Shown here: in pieces, positions 1 to 12,093 of the stretch
Numbering within the stretch: position 1 is the first letter of the stretch
How the letters are laid out: every line of letters starts with the position of its first letter
Assembly: GCA_951406725.2 (NCBI GenBank)
Contig: OX597820.1
Coordinates: forward strand, 102,176,001-102,240,000
DNA length: 64,000 bases
Direction of reading: 5' to 3'
From: Octopus vulgaris
Lineage: Eukaryota
Notes under the pieces: model-generated
Told to the model about the DNA's origin: nothing
The model's input: the letters and a program-made list of their open reading frames with translations, nothing else
Database searches by the model: none
Program-made: the position numbers and the translations under genes

Positions 1-266
1 AACTTTATTCTTTCCTTTCTAACTTCTGCCTCAATTAACAAAGATTGGAATTTGTTCTGAATGCTGATTTGTGATCTTTCTGTCTGACTTTTCACCAGTT
101 TTCATTCAATGACAGAGAAAACTGGCACCTCTTACAATATATTCTTTATATTTTGGTATAAAATATAGAGAAAAAAAACAACAAAGAACTCCCAAAAACA
201 TGCCTTTATGTTGTAAAGACTAACTTCAATTAAATGAATTTTTTGTAAGGAGTGATCAAATGTCAT

Positions 267-303
<37 letters not shown>

Positions 304-530
304 GATGAGGTAGAAGCAAAAATCAAACATTCAGTCTTTTAAAAAACAATAACAATCACCATCATCATTGTCACCACCAAAACCACCACCACCACCACCA
401 CCGCCGCCACCGCCAAGTGGATAAACAAAAGAAGGGCACTCAACCAATTTACTGGGAGTTACATGAATCAAACTGGATGATGATAGTGATGATATATTCT
501 TTTAGTTGAAAAAAAATCAACCTCAGAAAA

Positions 531-840
531 CTTATTCTTTGTAATAAGCCTAATACTTATTCCATGAGTCTCTTTTGTTGAACTGCTCAGTTACAGAGAT
601 GTAAACACACCAAAATCAGTTGTCAAGCGATGGTGGGGTTGGGAGCCAAACACATATACAAACACACAAATATGTACATATGACAGGCTTCTTTCAGTTT
701 CCGACTACCAAATCTACTCTCAAGGCTTTGGTTGGCCTGAGGCTATAGTAGAAGACGCTTGTCTACAGTGCCATACAGTGGGACTGAACCCAGAACCATG
801 TGTTGGGAAGCAAGTTTCTTACTACACAGCCACATCTGCA
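531..840 (-). mobile_element. SINE family A (tRNA-derived head), 3'-truncated copy
   Basis: Matches the A consensus repeated across the window (ggcttctttcagtttccg...gggactgaaccc...acacagccac). Confidence 0.85.
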
Positions 841-846
841 CCATAT

Positions 847-918
<72 letters not shown>

Positions 919-939
919 GTATAAATATATATATATATA

Positions 940-1200
940 CTGTTGTGTCTGGGGAAAGTCATTCTCTTTTAGTACCTTATTATTTAACACACTCTTGAAA
1001 AGAGTCAAGACTATTGAAAAGGTTGCAAGACGCAACGAAAAAATTTTAGAAAATAAAAATAAGAAATAAGTGGAAATTTTACCGTGAGTGTGTTAAATAA
1101 TAAGGCACTAAAAGAGAACGACTCTCCCCAGACACAACAGAATATGCTTCAACACATGAACTCATATAAAGAATCTTGCAAACCAAATCCCAAAACGAAA
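940..1200 (+). mobile_element. Penelope-like pseudo-LTR fragment with inverted partial copy
   Basis: 940-994 is the reverse complement of 1086-1140; hammerhead-like motif then AATAAA; (TA)n on both flanks; second copy at 11450-11590. Confidence 0.6.
1011..1049 (+). ncRNA. Minimal hammerhead-like ribozyme, U3-A8 core variant
   Basis: cta-TTGAAAA-g-GTTGC aagac GCAAC-GAAA-aaat-TT-tag: perfect 5-bp helix II, 1-bp helix III, 3-bp helix I. Confidence 0.55.
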
Positions 1201-1234
1201 TATATATATATATGATGCAGATGTGGCTGTGTAG

Positions 1235-1276
<42 letters not shown>

Positions 1277-1877
1277 GCTATGTTGTATATATATATATAT
1301 ATATATATATACTGATGATACACGCACACACACACACACAAACACACACACAAACAAACTCACATGACAGGCTTCTTTCAGTTTTTATCAGCCAAATCCA
1401 CTTCCAAGTGGTTGGTCAGCCTTGGAACTCTAGGGGAAGACACTTGCCCTAGATGTCCTGGAGTGGAACCAAACCTGGAACACAGTGATTGGAAAGCAAA
1501 CTTCTTATCCTCACAATGCCGCCTGCACAAACTATAACACCTAATACAAAACGAAAATGAATGAATCATTAAGTTTGTATTCAATGGAAAATGAAAGACA
1601 AAGCTGGAATGTTGTAAGAATTCTTCATCATCACTAACTAAAGTGTCATGATGGCTGTAATTGTTGAAACTGGTTGACTGATCAAATGACCACAAATTGA
1701 AACCTAACAGCAGGCATTGTGTTTGTGAATAGCTTAAGACAAATGCGACAAATTACTCTGCTGTGTCAATCTGTTTGTCTGCCTGCCTGCCTGCTTGCCT
1801 GCCTGCTTGCCTGCCTGTATGTCTGCCTGCCTGCTTGTCCGCCTGATGGTCTGACAGATTGAGTATCTGCATGTCTC

Positions 1878-2300
1878 ACTCTTACTCTATTTTACTCTTT
1901 TACTTGTTTCAGTCATTTGACTGTGGCCATGCTGGAGCACCGCCTTTAGTCGAGCAACTCGACCCCAGGACTTATTCATTGTAAGCCTAGTACTTATACT
2001 ATCGGGCTCTTTTTACCGAACCGCTAAGTTACAGGGACGTAAACACATCAGCATCGGTTGTCAAGCGATGTTGGGGGGATAAACATAGACACGTAAATAT
2101 ATACACACACATACATATATATATATACATATATACGACGGGCTTCTTTCAGTTTCCGTCTACCAAATCCACTCACAAGGCTTTGGTCGGCCCGAGGCTA
2201 TAGTAGAGGGCACTTGCCCAAGGTGCCAAGCAGTGGGACTGAACCCGGAACCATGTGGTTGGTAAGCAAGCAGCTTACCACACAGCCACTCCTACGCCTA
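1878..2300 (-). mobile_element. SINE family A, full length
   Basis: Minus strand has A-box-like TGGCTGTGTGG, B-box-like GGTTCAGTCC, internal (TA)/(TG) tract and (AAGAGTA)n-type tail. Confidence 0.9.
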
Positions 2301-2932
2301 AGCACATTTATTTTAATAAGTAACTGATAAGTTAAAAGGAAGAAAAGAACACTTCAGTATAGGGTACATGCTGATCTAGCTAAAACAAAACTCATCACCA
2401 CCACTACCACCACCACCACCACCACCACCACCACCACCACCACCACCATTTTCATTGCTACTGCTATCATCATCTTCACCACCACCACTTGATTACTGAT
2501 GTCACTGTCACCTTCATCTTTGTTGTTATTGCTGTCATCATCATCATCATCATCATAGAGATTTTTGTGGTTCTTATGGTCATCATCGTTCACTGTTATC
2601 CTTTTCATTGCCACTGCCATTGTCATCATTGTCATCATCGCTGCTATGACTGTTGTCATTGTTATCTTCCTCATTATCACTATCATTGGTTTATGTCCAC
2701 TTTCCATGCTGGTATGCATTAGAAAGGTTGCCCCTTGTGGGCAATAAAGAAATAAGATAGGTTGTCACAGTTTGAATCAACACATATTCATGAATATTGC
2801 TCATCTAGACAAGGAGGACTGTATCTAGCTTGTGAGTCTCATTTTTGATTTGGTTTCTTGCTCCACGCTCTTTCAAGTATCAGCACTTTGCTGAGTGAAC
2901 TGGGTGCTTTTCTTCATATCATCACTAGGAAG

Positions 2933-3365
2933 CAGTGCTGGATAAATAGTTAAGCAAAATAAGCATGTGTTTAGGGCATCAAGGGAAGCGAGGGGAGGGG
3001 GATCACAGAAATGGTAAATAGTTTTCAGCACAAAAGAAATCACTTTAAACTTGCTAGAATAATATTTGGGGGTACCTTATCTCAATTAAGTATAGAAGCA
3101 GATGTGTTACATATGACTAATTTTGAGGATATGATCAAAAACTTTGCAATTAAAAATGTAGGAGAAAACTTTTCAAATATAAATAAAGTGGGAGTAAAAA
3201 AAATATATAAACATTATTTTCTGTCTTACTATTACTTTTGTTTTATTTTGAAAAATAAAATTTTATTTTATAGTTTATAATTGTTTTTATTTAGAAGTCC
3301 ATATATATGGGGGCACCATAATCTTTTAAGTGCTTAGAGCCTCTATAGGTCTTAATCTGTCTTTA
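2933..3365 (+). mobile_element. hAT internal-deletion derivative retaining the transposase C-terminus
   Basis: Degenerate TIRs cagtgctggataaa / ttaatctgtcttta; peptide LSQLSIEADVLHMTNFEDMIKNFA resembles the hAT C-terminal dimerisation region. Confidence 0.55.
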
Positions 3366-3739
3366 CAAGAGAGGTATCATGTTCTTTACAAGACTAAAGA
3401 TTTCCTTTTTTTTCACACTCTGTATGGTGTACTGGGTACGTTTTCTCATGGCATTGGTACTATAGAGGTAGCCATGTTCATGACATGATTAAAGGAACCT
3501 CATAACTGAATATCTGCTTGCTCAAAGGCATCTTTATAGACTGAGAGACACAAAGGATAAAATAGCTATAAGCATGAATGATATTATTAGGTCACAAACG
3601 TGACAGACAACTGAACAATAACTGAACAACTGTACAAGTAATTACAACTACAAAATATAAATAGTCTAATTTTCAAGACTATTGCCTGTGTGATAACATG
3701 GAAAGAGATAATTTGATGAAAAATTGTAAAAGGAGATAA

Positions 3740-4450
3740 TGGTCTCAGATTCTGGCACAAGGCCAGCAACTTTGGGAAAAGGGGTAAGTAGATTATATGG
3801 ACCCCAGTGATCAACTGGTACTTATTTTATCGACCCTGAAAGGATGAAAAGCAAAGTCAACCTTGGCAGAATTTGAACTCAGATTGTAAAGATGGATTTA
3901 ACGCTGCAAAGCTTCTTTGCCTGGTGTGCTAAAAATTCCACCAGCTTGCTGCCTTACTGTAAAAAGAAATAATCTTTTCTACTATAGGCACAAGGCCTGA
4001 AATTTGGGAAAAGTAGGTAAGTTGGTTACATCGATGCCAGTACTCAACTGGTACTTAATTTATCGACCCTGAAAGGATGAAAGACAAAGGTGACCTTGGT
4101 GGAATTTGAACCCAGAATGTAAAGACAAATAAAATATTAAGCATTTCACCCAGTGTGCTAATGATTCTGCCAGCTTGCTGCCTTACTGTAAAAAGAAATA
4201 ATGAAAATCTTGAATGGTAGTAACAGTTCTTTCTAATTATGGTACAAGGCTAGTAATTCTGAGGAGATAGGGAAATCGATGGCATCAACAATCTCTCCCC
4301 AATGCTCACCTGGTATTTAATTTATTGACCCCAAAAGGATGAAAGGTAAAGTTGACTTTAATGACATTTAAATGCAAGAATGTAAAGAGCTGGAAGAAAT
4401 GTCACTGACCATTTTGTCTGGTGAGGGAATGATTCTGCCAGTTCACTGCA
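3740..4450 (-). mobile_element. Three head-to-tail SINE family B copies
   Basis: Repeated core actggtactta..atcgaccc.gaaaggatgaaaggcaaagtcgacc..gaatttgaactcag (B box GAGTTCAAAT on minus). Confidence 0.85.
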
Positions 4451-4486
4451 ACAACAATAACAGCAACAACAACAACAACAACAACA

Positions 4487-4835
4487 CCATCATCATCGTT
4501 TAAAGTCCGCTTTCCATGCTAGCATGGGTTGAACAATTTGACTGAGGTCTGGCGAACCAAATGGCTGCACCAGACTCCAATCTGATCTGGCAGGTTTCTA
4601 CAGCTGGATGCGCCTCCTAAAGCCAACCACTCCGAGAGTGTAGTGAGTGCTTTTACATGCCACCAGCACGAGGACCAGTCAGGCAGTACTGGCAACAGCC
4701 ACGCTTGAATGTTTTTCATGTACCATCAGCACAAGTGCCAGTAAGGCGACGCAGGTAACGATCACGCTCGAATGGTGTTTTTTACTTGCCACCGGCATGG
4801 AGGCCATCTTGTTGCTCTGGCAACGATCATGCTCG
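4487..4835 (-). mobile_element. Family C: RTE-LINE 3' UTR/tail
   Basis: (CAT)n-cgtttaa.gtccgctttccatgctagcatggg...ctggatgc.cctcctaa.gccaacc; internal motif shared with the RTE ORF 3' UTR at 55840-56010. Confidence 0.8.
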
Positions 4836-4844
4836 TAACAACAA

Positions 4845-5062
4845 CAATCCTTTCTACTATTAGCTCAAGGCCTCAAGTTTTTGGGAAGCGGTCTAGTCGA
4901 TTACATGAACATCACTGTTTGGCTGGTAGTTATTTTTTTCAACTCTGAAAGGATGAAAGGCAAAGTTCATCTTGGCAGAATTTGAACTCAGAACAAAAAG
5001 ACAGATGGAATACTGCTATGCATATTGTCTGGTATAATAACAATTCTGTCAATTAGCCACCT
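4845..5062 (-). mobile_element. SINE family B
   Basis: Family B core and tail. Confidence 0.8.
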
Positions 5063-5088
5063 AAGTAATAATAATAATAATAATAATA

Positions 5089-5430
5089 AGACCACTCAGA
5101 GAGCACAAACTTCCACCAAGGCAACACCAGCATCCTCTCAACGATTAGCCAGCGGTGATTTGTAAAATGAGAATATCTGAAATAAACTCGACTACTCTCA
5201 CAAACGAGAATACTTAAAATGGACTCGGCTGCTCTAAAAAATTAAGTAAAAAAACAGGAAAAATAATCCAGAATCCTTGTCCAGTGCCAAATCGATCCCA
5301 AAATCTAATCAGTTCATGCCAGTCATAAGGCCAAACATCCCTGAAAGTTTCATCCGAATCCATCCAGTGGTCCACAGACAAACAAATATGACTGTAAACA
5401 ATACCTCTCCTTTCACTAAAGCGGAAGTAA
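5089..5430 (-). mobile_element. Non-autonomous Helentron-type element (HINE/DINE-1-like)
   Basis: Minus strand starts attacttccgc...ggagaggtattgtt, ends ggtggaagtttgtgctctctgagtggtctt (subterminal IR plus 3' hairpin); embedded in (AAT)n; truncated sibling at 6660-6855. Confidence 0.6.
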
Positions 5431-6164
5431 TAATAATAATAACAATAATAATAATAATAATAATGATAATAATAATAATAATAATAATTCTTTCTACTAT
5501 AGGCACAAGATCTGAAATTTAGGGGGAAGGGGCTAGTTAATTACTTCAACCCCAGTGCATAACTGGTACTGGTACTTATTTTATCAACCCCAAAAGGATG
5601 AAAGGCAAAGTCAACCTCAAAAATTTTATAGATTTGCAGGGGTCGTATGGATCCTAGTTGGGAACTACTGGATGAGATGGTTATTGTTGTTCTATGTAAC
5701 ACAACCCCTGAGTTAAATTCAACCTTATACTACTGTTGATTTAGCTTTTCACTTCCCTTTGGCATCAATCATCGGTGTGTTGGCAGACTTGGCACCAATA
5801 ACATACAAGTGTAAGCCTGAGACCATATACTCTCTTCTAAGCATGAAAAATGTCTTTTACTAAAGTAATCAATCACTCAATCACTCCATCACTACATCAA
5901 TAAATACGATAAGAAGACATACAAAAAAAAAAAAAATTCTTAGAAATAGCCACTAGTAAGAAATTGGTTTCATTTTCCATTAATGGGAGAATTAAAGATA
6001 ATAAAGTTACTACATCAAAGACCTGATAACATCAATACACCATATATCTTCATTCTGAAGAGGAAGGAAAGGGAAGTAAGTAAAATCTTCTCACTCTTGA
6101 GATTTACTCTTTTCAATCAATGATCTGTTATTACATCTGTTTCGAGGATAGAATACCAATCAAA

Positions 6165-6339
6165 ATGTTTAGCGTTATCATGTCTACCATTAGGTCCTGA
6201 GTTCGAATTCCACCAAGACTTATTTTGCCTTTCATCCTTTTGGCATTGATTAAACAGGTATCAGTCAAGCACTGGGGTCAACAAAATTGACTAGGCCTCT
6301 CACCCAACATTTCAGGCTTCATGCCTATAATAGAAAAGC

Positions 6340-6395
<56 letters not shown>
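6165..6395 (+). mobile_element. SINE family B variant with (ATT)n tail
   Basis: gagttcgaattccaccaag...ttgcctttcatccttt; tail atagaaaagcttattatt. Confidence 0.75.
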
Positions 6396-6396
6396 T

Positions 6397-6590
6397 AAGA
6401 TGTCACACAGTATATAATATCATGATGTTGTTGATTGAAGATATTGTGTGTACTGGGGGTTGGTACTGTCTATCAAGTGCCGTTCCGAGTAATGCTGATT
6501 TTTGCAATACACCGAGATTGCAGAGTATTTCTAAAGTTTTCAGATGTTTTTTCAGGCTGGGTGGTATTGAACCCAATGCTCTGATTATTG
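6397..6590 (-). pseudogene. R4/Dong-clade non-LTR retrotransposon, extreme 3' fragment in a (TAA)n tract
   Basis: Peptide ALGSIPPSLKKHLKTLEILCNLGVLQKSALLGTA fits the RLE C-terminus (GALG...QK.ALLGTA); TAA repeats on both sides, the known Dong target. Confidence 0.7.
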
Positions 6591-6596
6591 TTGTTG

Positions 6597-6654
<58 letters not shown>

Positions 6655-6659
6655 CAACA

Positions 6660-6855
6660 GGAGCACCCAGAAAGTGCAAACCTCTGCTAAGGCAGCACCA
6701 ACTTCCTATCAAGGATTAGCCAGAGGTGATTTGTAAAATGAGAATATCTGAAATAAACTTGAGTGCTCTCATAAACAAGAAAACTAAAATTAAGTAAAAA
6801 GAAAGGTAAAATAATCCAGAATCCTTGTCCAGTACTGAAACGATCCCCAAATCAC
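6660..6855 (-). mobile_element. Truncated HINE-like element, sibling of 5089-5430
   Basis: Shares gattagccag.ggtgatttgtaaaatgagaatatctgaaataaac...aataatccagaatccttgtccagt. Confidence 0.65.
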
Positions 6856-7032
6856 CTTTAACATTGATATTGTTCACTTTTGGTGGCATCAGTAGCAAAA
6901 TACACACACACACACACACATACACATATACACACACACACTTCATGAATCATACAGACTCATAGGGCTGGTTTCCTGGTTTATATATATATGTGTGTGT
7001 GTGTATTTTGCTACTGATGCTACCAAAAGTGA

Positions 7033-7440
7033 ACGCAGGAGTGGCTGTGTGGTAAGTAGCTTGTTTACCAACCACATGGTTCCGGGTTCAGTCCCACTGC
7101 ATGGCACCTTGGGCAAGTGTCTTCTACTATAGCCTCGGGCCGACCAAAGCCTTGTGAGTGGATTTGGTTGACGGAAACTGAAAGAAGCCCGTCGCATATA
7201 TGTATATATGTATATGTGTGCATGTGTGTTTGTGTGTCTGTGTTTGTCCCTCTAGCATTGCTTGACAACCGATGCTGGTGTGTTTATGTCCCCGTCACTT
7301 AGCGGTTCAGCAAAAGAGATCGATTGAATAAGTACTGGGCTTACAAAGAAAAAGTCCCGGGGTCAAGTTGCTTGACTAAAGGCGGTGCTCCAGCATGGCC
7401 GCAGTCAAATGACTGAAACAAGTAAAAGAGTAAAGAGTAA
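7033..7440 (+). mobile_element. SINE family A, full length, young
   Basis: cgcaggagtggctgtgtggtaag...ggttcagtccc...ccttgggcaagt...gaaacaagtaaaagagtaaagagtaa. Confidence 0.92.
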
Positions 7441-8159
7441 TATCAATGTTAAAGGTATGAAATCATAAGGATCCTTTGGACGTTGACTGATGAGGAATTT
7501 GCTATGAATTTTCAGTTGTTATGTAGATTCTCTGCAGCTGGATGTCCTTCCTGTCACCAACCTTCATCTGTTTCTAACCAACGCCTAATCCCCAAACCAA
7601 ATGATTGAGAAGCAAGTTTCTCAACCACACTGCCACATGCACGCACACACACACACATTCATAAATTTTCAACATTATCTGAATAATTGAATATGACTCC
7701 CAGAAGCCTACAATTTAAGAGCAGCTAATAACTAAATTACCATCTGACCCCATTGGTAGCCATAAGCATTTCAAGACTAATCTAAATAGTCTTACACTTA
7801 ATGTTCATAAATATTTCTCTCTTTTCACTTCACATATATTCTTTCATTAAAACCTTGTCATATCTCTCAATTCCATTGTCTGTTGTATGTATAGGTTAAT
7901 TGAAGGACTTTTAATGACACATGCTTAGTCTGACTGTTTAACCACTGGTCGGTCGTGATATATAAGGTTAGCTGAGTTAGAGGTTAAAATAGCTGTCTAA
8001 GGGATAGAAGTATCCATTATACTACTGGTATATTGCCTATGTTTAACCATGGGCATACATATGCAAGCAAATTATGCTCATAAATTATACGTAAAAACAA
8101 GGAGAAACATGAGTTTATCAAGAATCAAAATTTAAAGAAAACAGAAAATGGAGAAATAT

Positions 8160-8564
8160 TACTCTTTACTCTTTTACTTGTTTCAGTCATTTGACTGCGG
8201 CCATGCTGGAGCACCGCCTTTAGTCGAGCAAATCAACCCCGGGACTTATTCTTTGTAAGCCCAGTACTTATTCTATCGGTCTCTTTTGCCGAACCGCTAA
8301 GTGATGGGGACGTAAACACACCAGCATCGGTTGTCAAGCAATGCTAGAGGGACAAACACAGACACACAAACATATACACACACATATATATACATATATA
8401 CATATATAAGACAGGCTTCTTTCAGTTTCCGTCTACCAAATCCACTCACAAGGCTTTGGTCGGTCCGAGGCTATAGCAGAAGACACTTGCCCAAGATGCC
8501 ACACAGTGGGACTGAACCCGGAACCATGTGGCTGGTTAGCAAGCTATTTACCACATAGCCACTC
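8160..8564 (-). mobile_element. SINE family A, full length
   Basis: Near-identical reverse complement of 7033-7440. Confidence 0.92.
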
Positions 8565-8730
8565 ATGAACAATGATTGACTTATATCAATTATTATTTAT
8601 ATATTCAAATACTATTTTAGGTTTAATCATTTACTTAACATCCCAAAGAGATACACAAGGAAAATTGTATGAATACAGCCATATTCAACTTTTCTTTTTT
8701 ATTCTCTAGGTTTTTCTTTTATTTAGTCTT

Positions 8731-8846
8731 CAATCTGATGAAGCTCCATGTTCTAGATCAGTTTTATTACCAACTATCATAAATATATGTTTTAGCATAT
8801 CAATGGCAATACCATACTAGATTTGAAGCAGAAACAGCTGTTAGAC
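8731..8846 (+). ncRNA. Hammerhead-like motif with long helix II, probable Penelope LTR relic
   Basis: CTGATGA (8735) ... GAAA-CAGCTG-TT (8831-8842) with palindromic loop; helix II arms gctcca..tctag / ctaga..tgaagc; AATAAA downstream; helix I weak. Confidence 0.45.
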
Positions 8847-9082
8847 GGGATGTAGTCTGTTTGCATTGAATTAATAAATAATAATTGGTGCAAATTAATT
8901 GTTGTTCATCAATATTTCTCCATTTATTTCTCCATGCTACACTGATGATGATAATGAGGATTTATGTGTGTGAGTGTCTGTATATATACATGTGTGTGTG
9001 TGTGTCAGTATATATTTATATATATATATGGATGATATTTTTATACATGAATGTGTGTATGTATCTATCTATCTATATATGT

Positions 9083-9116
<34 letters not shown>

Positions 9117-9202
9117 GTAGGTCCCGGGTTGATTCGGGGTTAACCACAGTAAGTAAGGTACTCAATACATAGCAGAGTAAAATTAATTTATTATATAGAA
9201 GG

Positions 9203-9253
9203 AGCTTCTACAGGACTAGTACTGTTTCATTCAAGAGAAATCTTCAGGAAGCT
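9203..9253 (-). ncRNA. Type I hammerhead ribozyme, canonical core
   Basis: AGCTTC-CTGAAGA-tttc tctt gaat-GAAA-CAG tactagtc CTG-TA-GAAGCT: 6-bp helix I, full CUGANGA/GAAA core, helix III with palindromic ACTAGT in the loop, GUA cleavage triplet. Confidence 0.8.
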
Positions 9254-9662
9254 ATTTAACAAGAATTGTATTAGCATTTATACATTTAGGCAGGTTTAAA
9301 GGAGTGGTGGTGGGGGACTTTTTGGGGGGTAGGCATAGCGCAAAATATCATACTTGGGGAGTGGTCAAGGAGTCAGTGGTAAGTTAGATGAAAGAATAGA
9401 TAAATAAAAAAATAAATAAAAAAATAAAAAATAAAAAATAAAAAATAAAAAAATAAAAAAATAAAAAAATAAAATAAAAAAATAAAAAAATAAAAAATAT
9501 AAAAAATATATATAAAAAAATATATATATAAAATATATATATAAAAAAATATATATATAAAAAAAGGGGGATAGAGTTATAGGTAAATAAGGAGATTCTC
9601 ACTTATACCTATACACACATGTATACGTATCTACACACACATACATACATACACATATATAT

Positions 9663-9698
<36 letters not shown>

Positions 9699-9899
9699 AC
9701 CTACACATACACACATACATACATACAAATATACATATACATATATATATATACAATCCAATACAGGCCCATTCCCTAATTTTAATTTTAATTAAAATAA
9801 TAAGATAATAAAATTAAAATTAGGGAATGGGCCTGTATTGGATTGTATATATATATATGTATATGTATATTTGTATGTATGTATGTGTGTATGTGTAGG

Positions 9900-9940
<41 letters not shown>

Positions 9941-10298
9941 ATATATATGTGTATGTATGTATGTGTGTGTAGATACGTATACATGTGTGTATAGGTATAA
10001 GTGAGAATCTCCTTATTTACCTATAACTCTATCCCCCCTTTTTTTATATATATATTTTTATATATATATTTTATATATATATTTTTATATATATTTTTAT
10101 ATTTTTATTTTTATTTTTTTATTTTATTTTTTTATTTTTATTTTTTTTTTTTTTTTATTTTATTTTTATTTTTATTTTTTTATTTATCTATTCTTTCATC
10201 TAACACCACTGACTCCTGACCACTCCCAAGTATGATTTGACCTCAAAAGTCCCACACACTCCTTTAAACCTGCCTAAATGTATAAATTCTTGTTAAAT

Positions 10299-10347
10299 AG
10301 CTTCCTGAAGATTTCTCTTGAATGAAACAGTACTAGTCCTGTAAACT
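10299..10347 (+). ncRNA. Second hammerhead copy in the right arm, helix I damaged
   Basis: Same core as 9203-9253 but 3' strand reads gtaaact instead of gtagaagct. Confidence 0.55.
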
Positions 10348-10362
10348 CCTTCTATATAATAA

Positions 10363-10397
<35 letters not shown>

Positions 10398-10454
10398 CAT
10401 ATATATATATACATATATATGTATACATATATATGTATATATTTTATGTTATGT

Positions 10455-10732
10455 ATCTTTTTTTATCTTTTATCTTTAACTTGTTTCAGTCATTGGGCTG
10501 CAGCCATGCTGGAGCATCTCCTGGAAGGGTTTTAGCCAAGCAAATCAATTCTAGTACGTAATTATTTTTTTAAGCCTGGCACTTATACTATTACTCTCTT
10601 ATAGTAAACTGTTAAGTTACGGGGATGTAAGCAAGCCAACGCTGGCCATGAAGTGGTGGTAGAAGATAAACACAAGCACAAAGGCACTTATACACACACA
10701 CACACACACACATACATGTATATGTGTCTCTT

Positions 10733-10773
<41 letters not shown>

Positions 10774-10935
10774 GCCCTTGTAACTTAGCAGTTCAGCAAA
10801 AGAAACCAACAGAATAAGTAGCAGGCTTTAAGAAAATAATATCTACTGGGGTTGGTACATTCAACTAAAAATTCTTCAAGGTAGTGCCCCAGCATGGCCA
10901 CAGTCTAATGACTGGAACAAGTAAAAGATAAAAGA
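10455..10935. mobile_element. Two inverted SINE A 3' halves around a microsatellite
   Basis: 10455-10720 minus and 10775-10935 plus match the family A 3' half. Confidence 0.75.
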
Positions 10936-11449
10936 TATATTCACAAAGGTACATTATTGAGTGTGTCTCCTTTTCTAAAAGATTATGGTCAGAAATTTAG
11001 TTGCTATTTTTGCTTGTCAACTAACCATATAAACCTCACCACTACCACTACCATTATCACTACCACTAACATTGTCTACTATCTTAGTGACTGCTTTTGC
11101 TGCCAAGAATTGGCAGTGTATACATCACAAAATCTAACTTTGTAAATCAATTCTGAACCAATAGGAAAATCTGTCTGGTGTTAATGCTCCATAAGTACCA
11201 TTTCTCCAGGTCAGGTCTGTGTCATGCAGTAAACAAACTGCAAGGTGAATCATTTGACTTTCCTTTGCACTGCTAATGTTTTTTCAGATGTCAGGTCACA
11301 CCATTTTTTTCACCTTTATATAATGAAAACAAGTCATTCGCATACACCATTCTCCTTGATGAGAATTGTAGAACATTCAATACATTGTGGAAGCAATGTA
11401 CCTTTGATTTGCTTATTTTTATCCTTTAACTTTCCGTTTTTGGATTTAG

Positions 11450-11590
11450 GCAAGACTATTGAAAAGGTTGCAAGACGCAACGAAAATTTTAGGAAAATAA
11501 AAATAAGAAATAAGTGGAAATTTTAGTGGTGAGTGTGTTACATTATAAGGCACGAAAAGAAAATGACTCTCCCCAGACATAACAGAATAT
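11450..11590 (+). mobile_element. Second copy of the U3-A8 hammerhead-bearing Penelope-like fragment
   Basis: caagactattgaaaaggttgcaagacgcaacgaaaa identical to 1006-1041. Confidence 0.6.
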
Positions 11591-11593
11591 CCT

Positions 11594-12030
11594 TTAACTC
11601 TTTCATAACTACATCTTTGACAGAATAGACTGGTCTTGTTTTAATTAATTTTGAAAATAATGAAGAATTTAGTGAAATGATTTTGCTATTATTAAGTTGG
11701 TGTTTAGAACATAAATTAACATGAAATTTTGATGAAAGGTTTTAAATCAGAACACTTCAAAGCAGGATGTTTGTGCCATAAAACTAAAAGTGATCTTAGG
11801 CAGGTTGATGTTAACCTTTTCATTACCATAATTCAGTTGAAATACACTGCCTTTGTTTCAATAAATTATTAAAATAATGATGAATTTATTCAAAAAATGT
11901 TGTCATTATTAAGCTGGTGTTTCAAACCTAAAATTAAAATGAAATTTTGATGTAAGATTTTAATTCAGATCACTTTAATTTGAGAACTTTATATCATAGA
12001 ACTAGAGGTAGGTTTGAATTGAAAGGGTTA
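11594..12030 (+). mobile_element. Tandem pair of ~215-bp TTAA-ended MITEs (piggyBac-like)
   Basis: Units begin ttaactcttt / ttaacctttt and the last ends aaagggttaa; related copies at ~14065-14275 and ~61805-62010. Confidence 0.55.
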
Positions 12031-12093
12031 AAACTATACCACTTCTTTTGTACTACCCTCCACTAAAAAAAAAACCTAAAATCAAAAACCCTT

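Larger units (their letters stand above)
9117..10364. mobile_element. Penelope-like pseudo-LTR forming a ~600-bp-arm inverted repeat
   Basis: 9186-9790 is the reverse complement of 9809-10364 with an 18-nt spacer; hammerhead in each arm; (TA)n flanks. Confidence 0.7.

Noticed and set aside
7033-7110. tRNA genes at SINE heads
   Set aside because: A and B boxes present but followed by SINE bodies; no complete cloverleaf recognised
7487-7520. CTGATGAG hammerhead core
   Set aside because: No downstream GAAA or helices I/III
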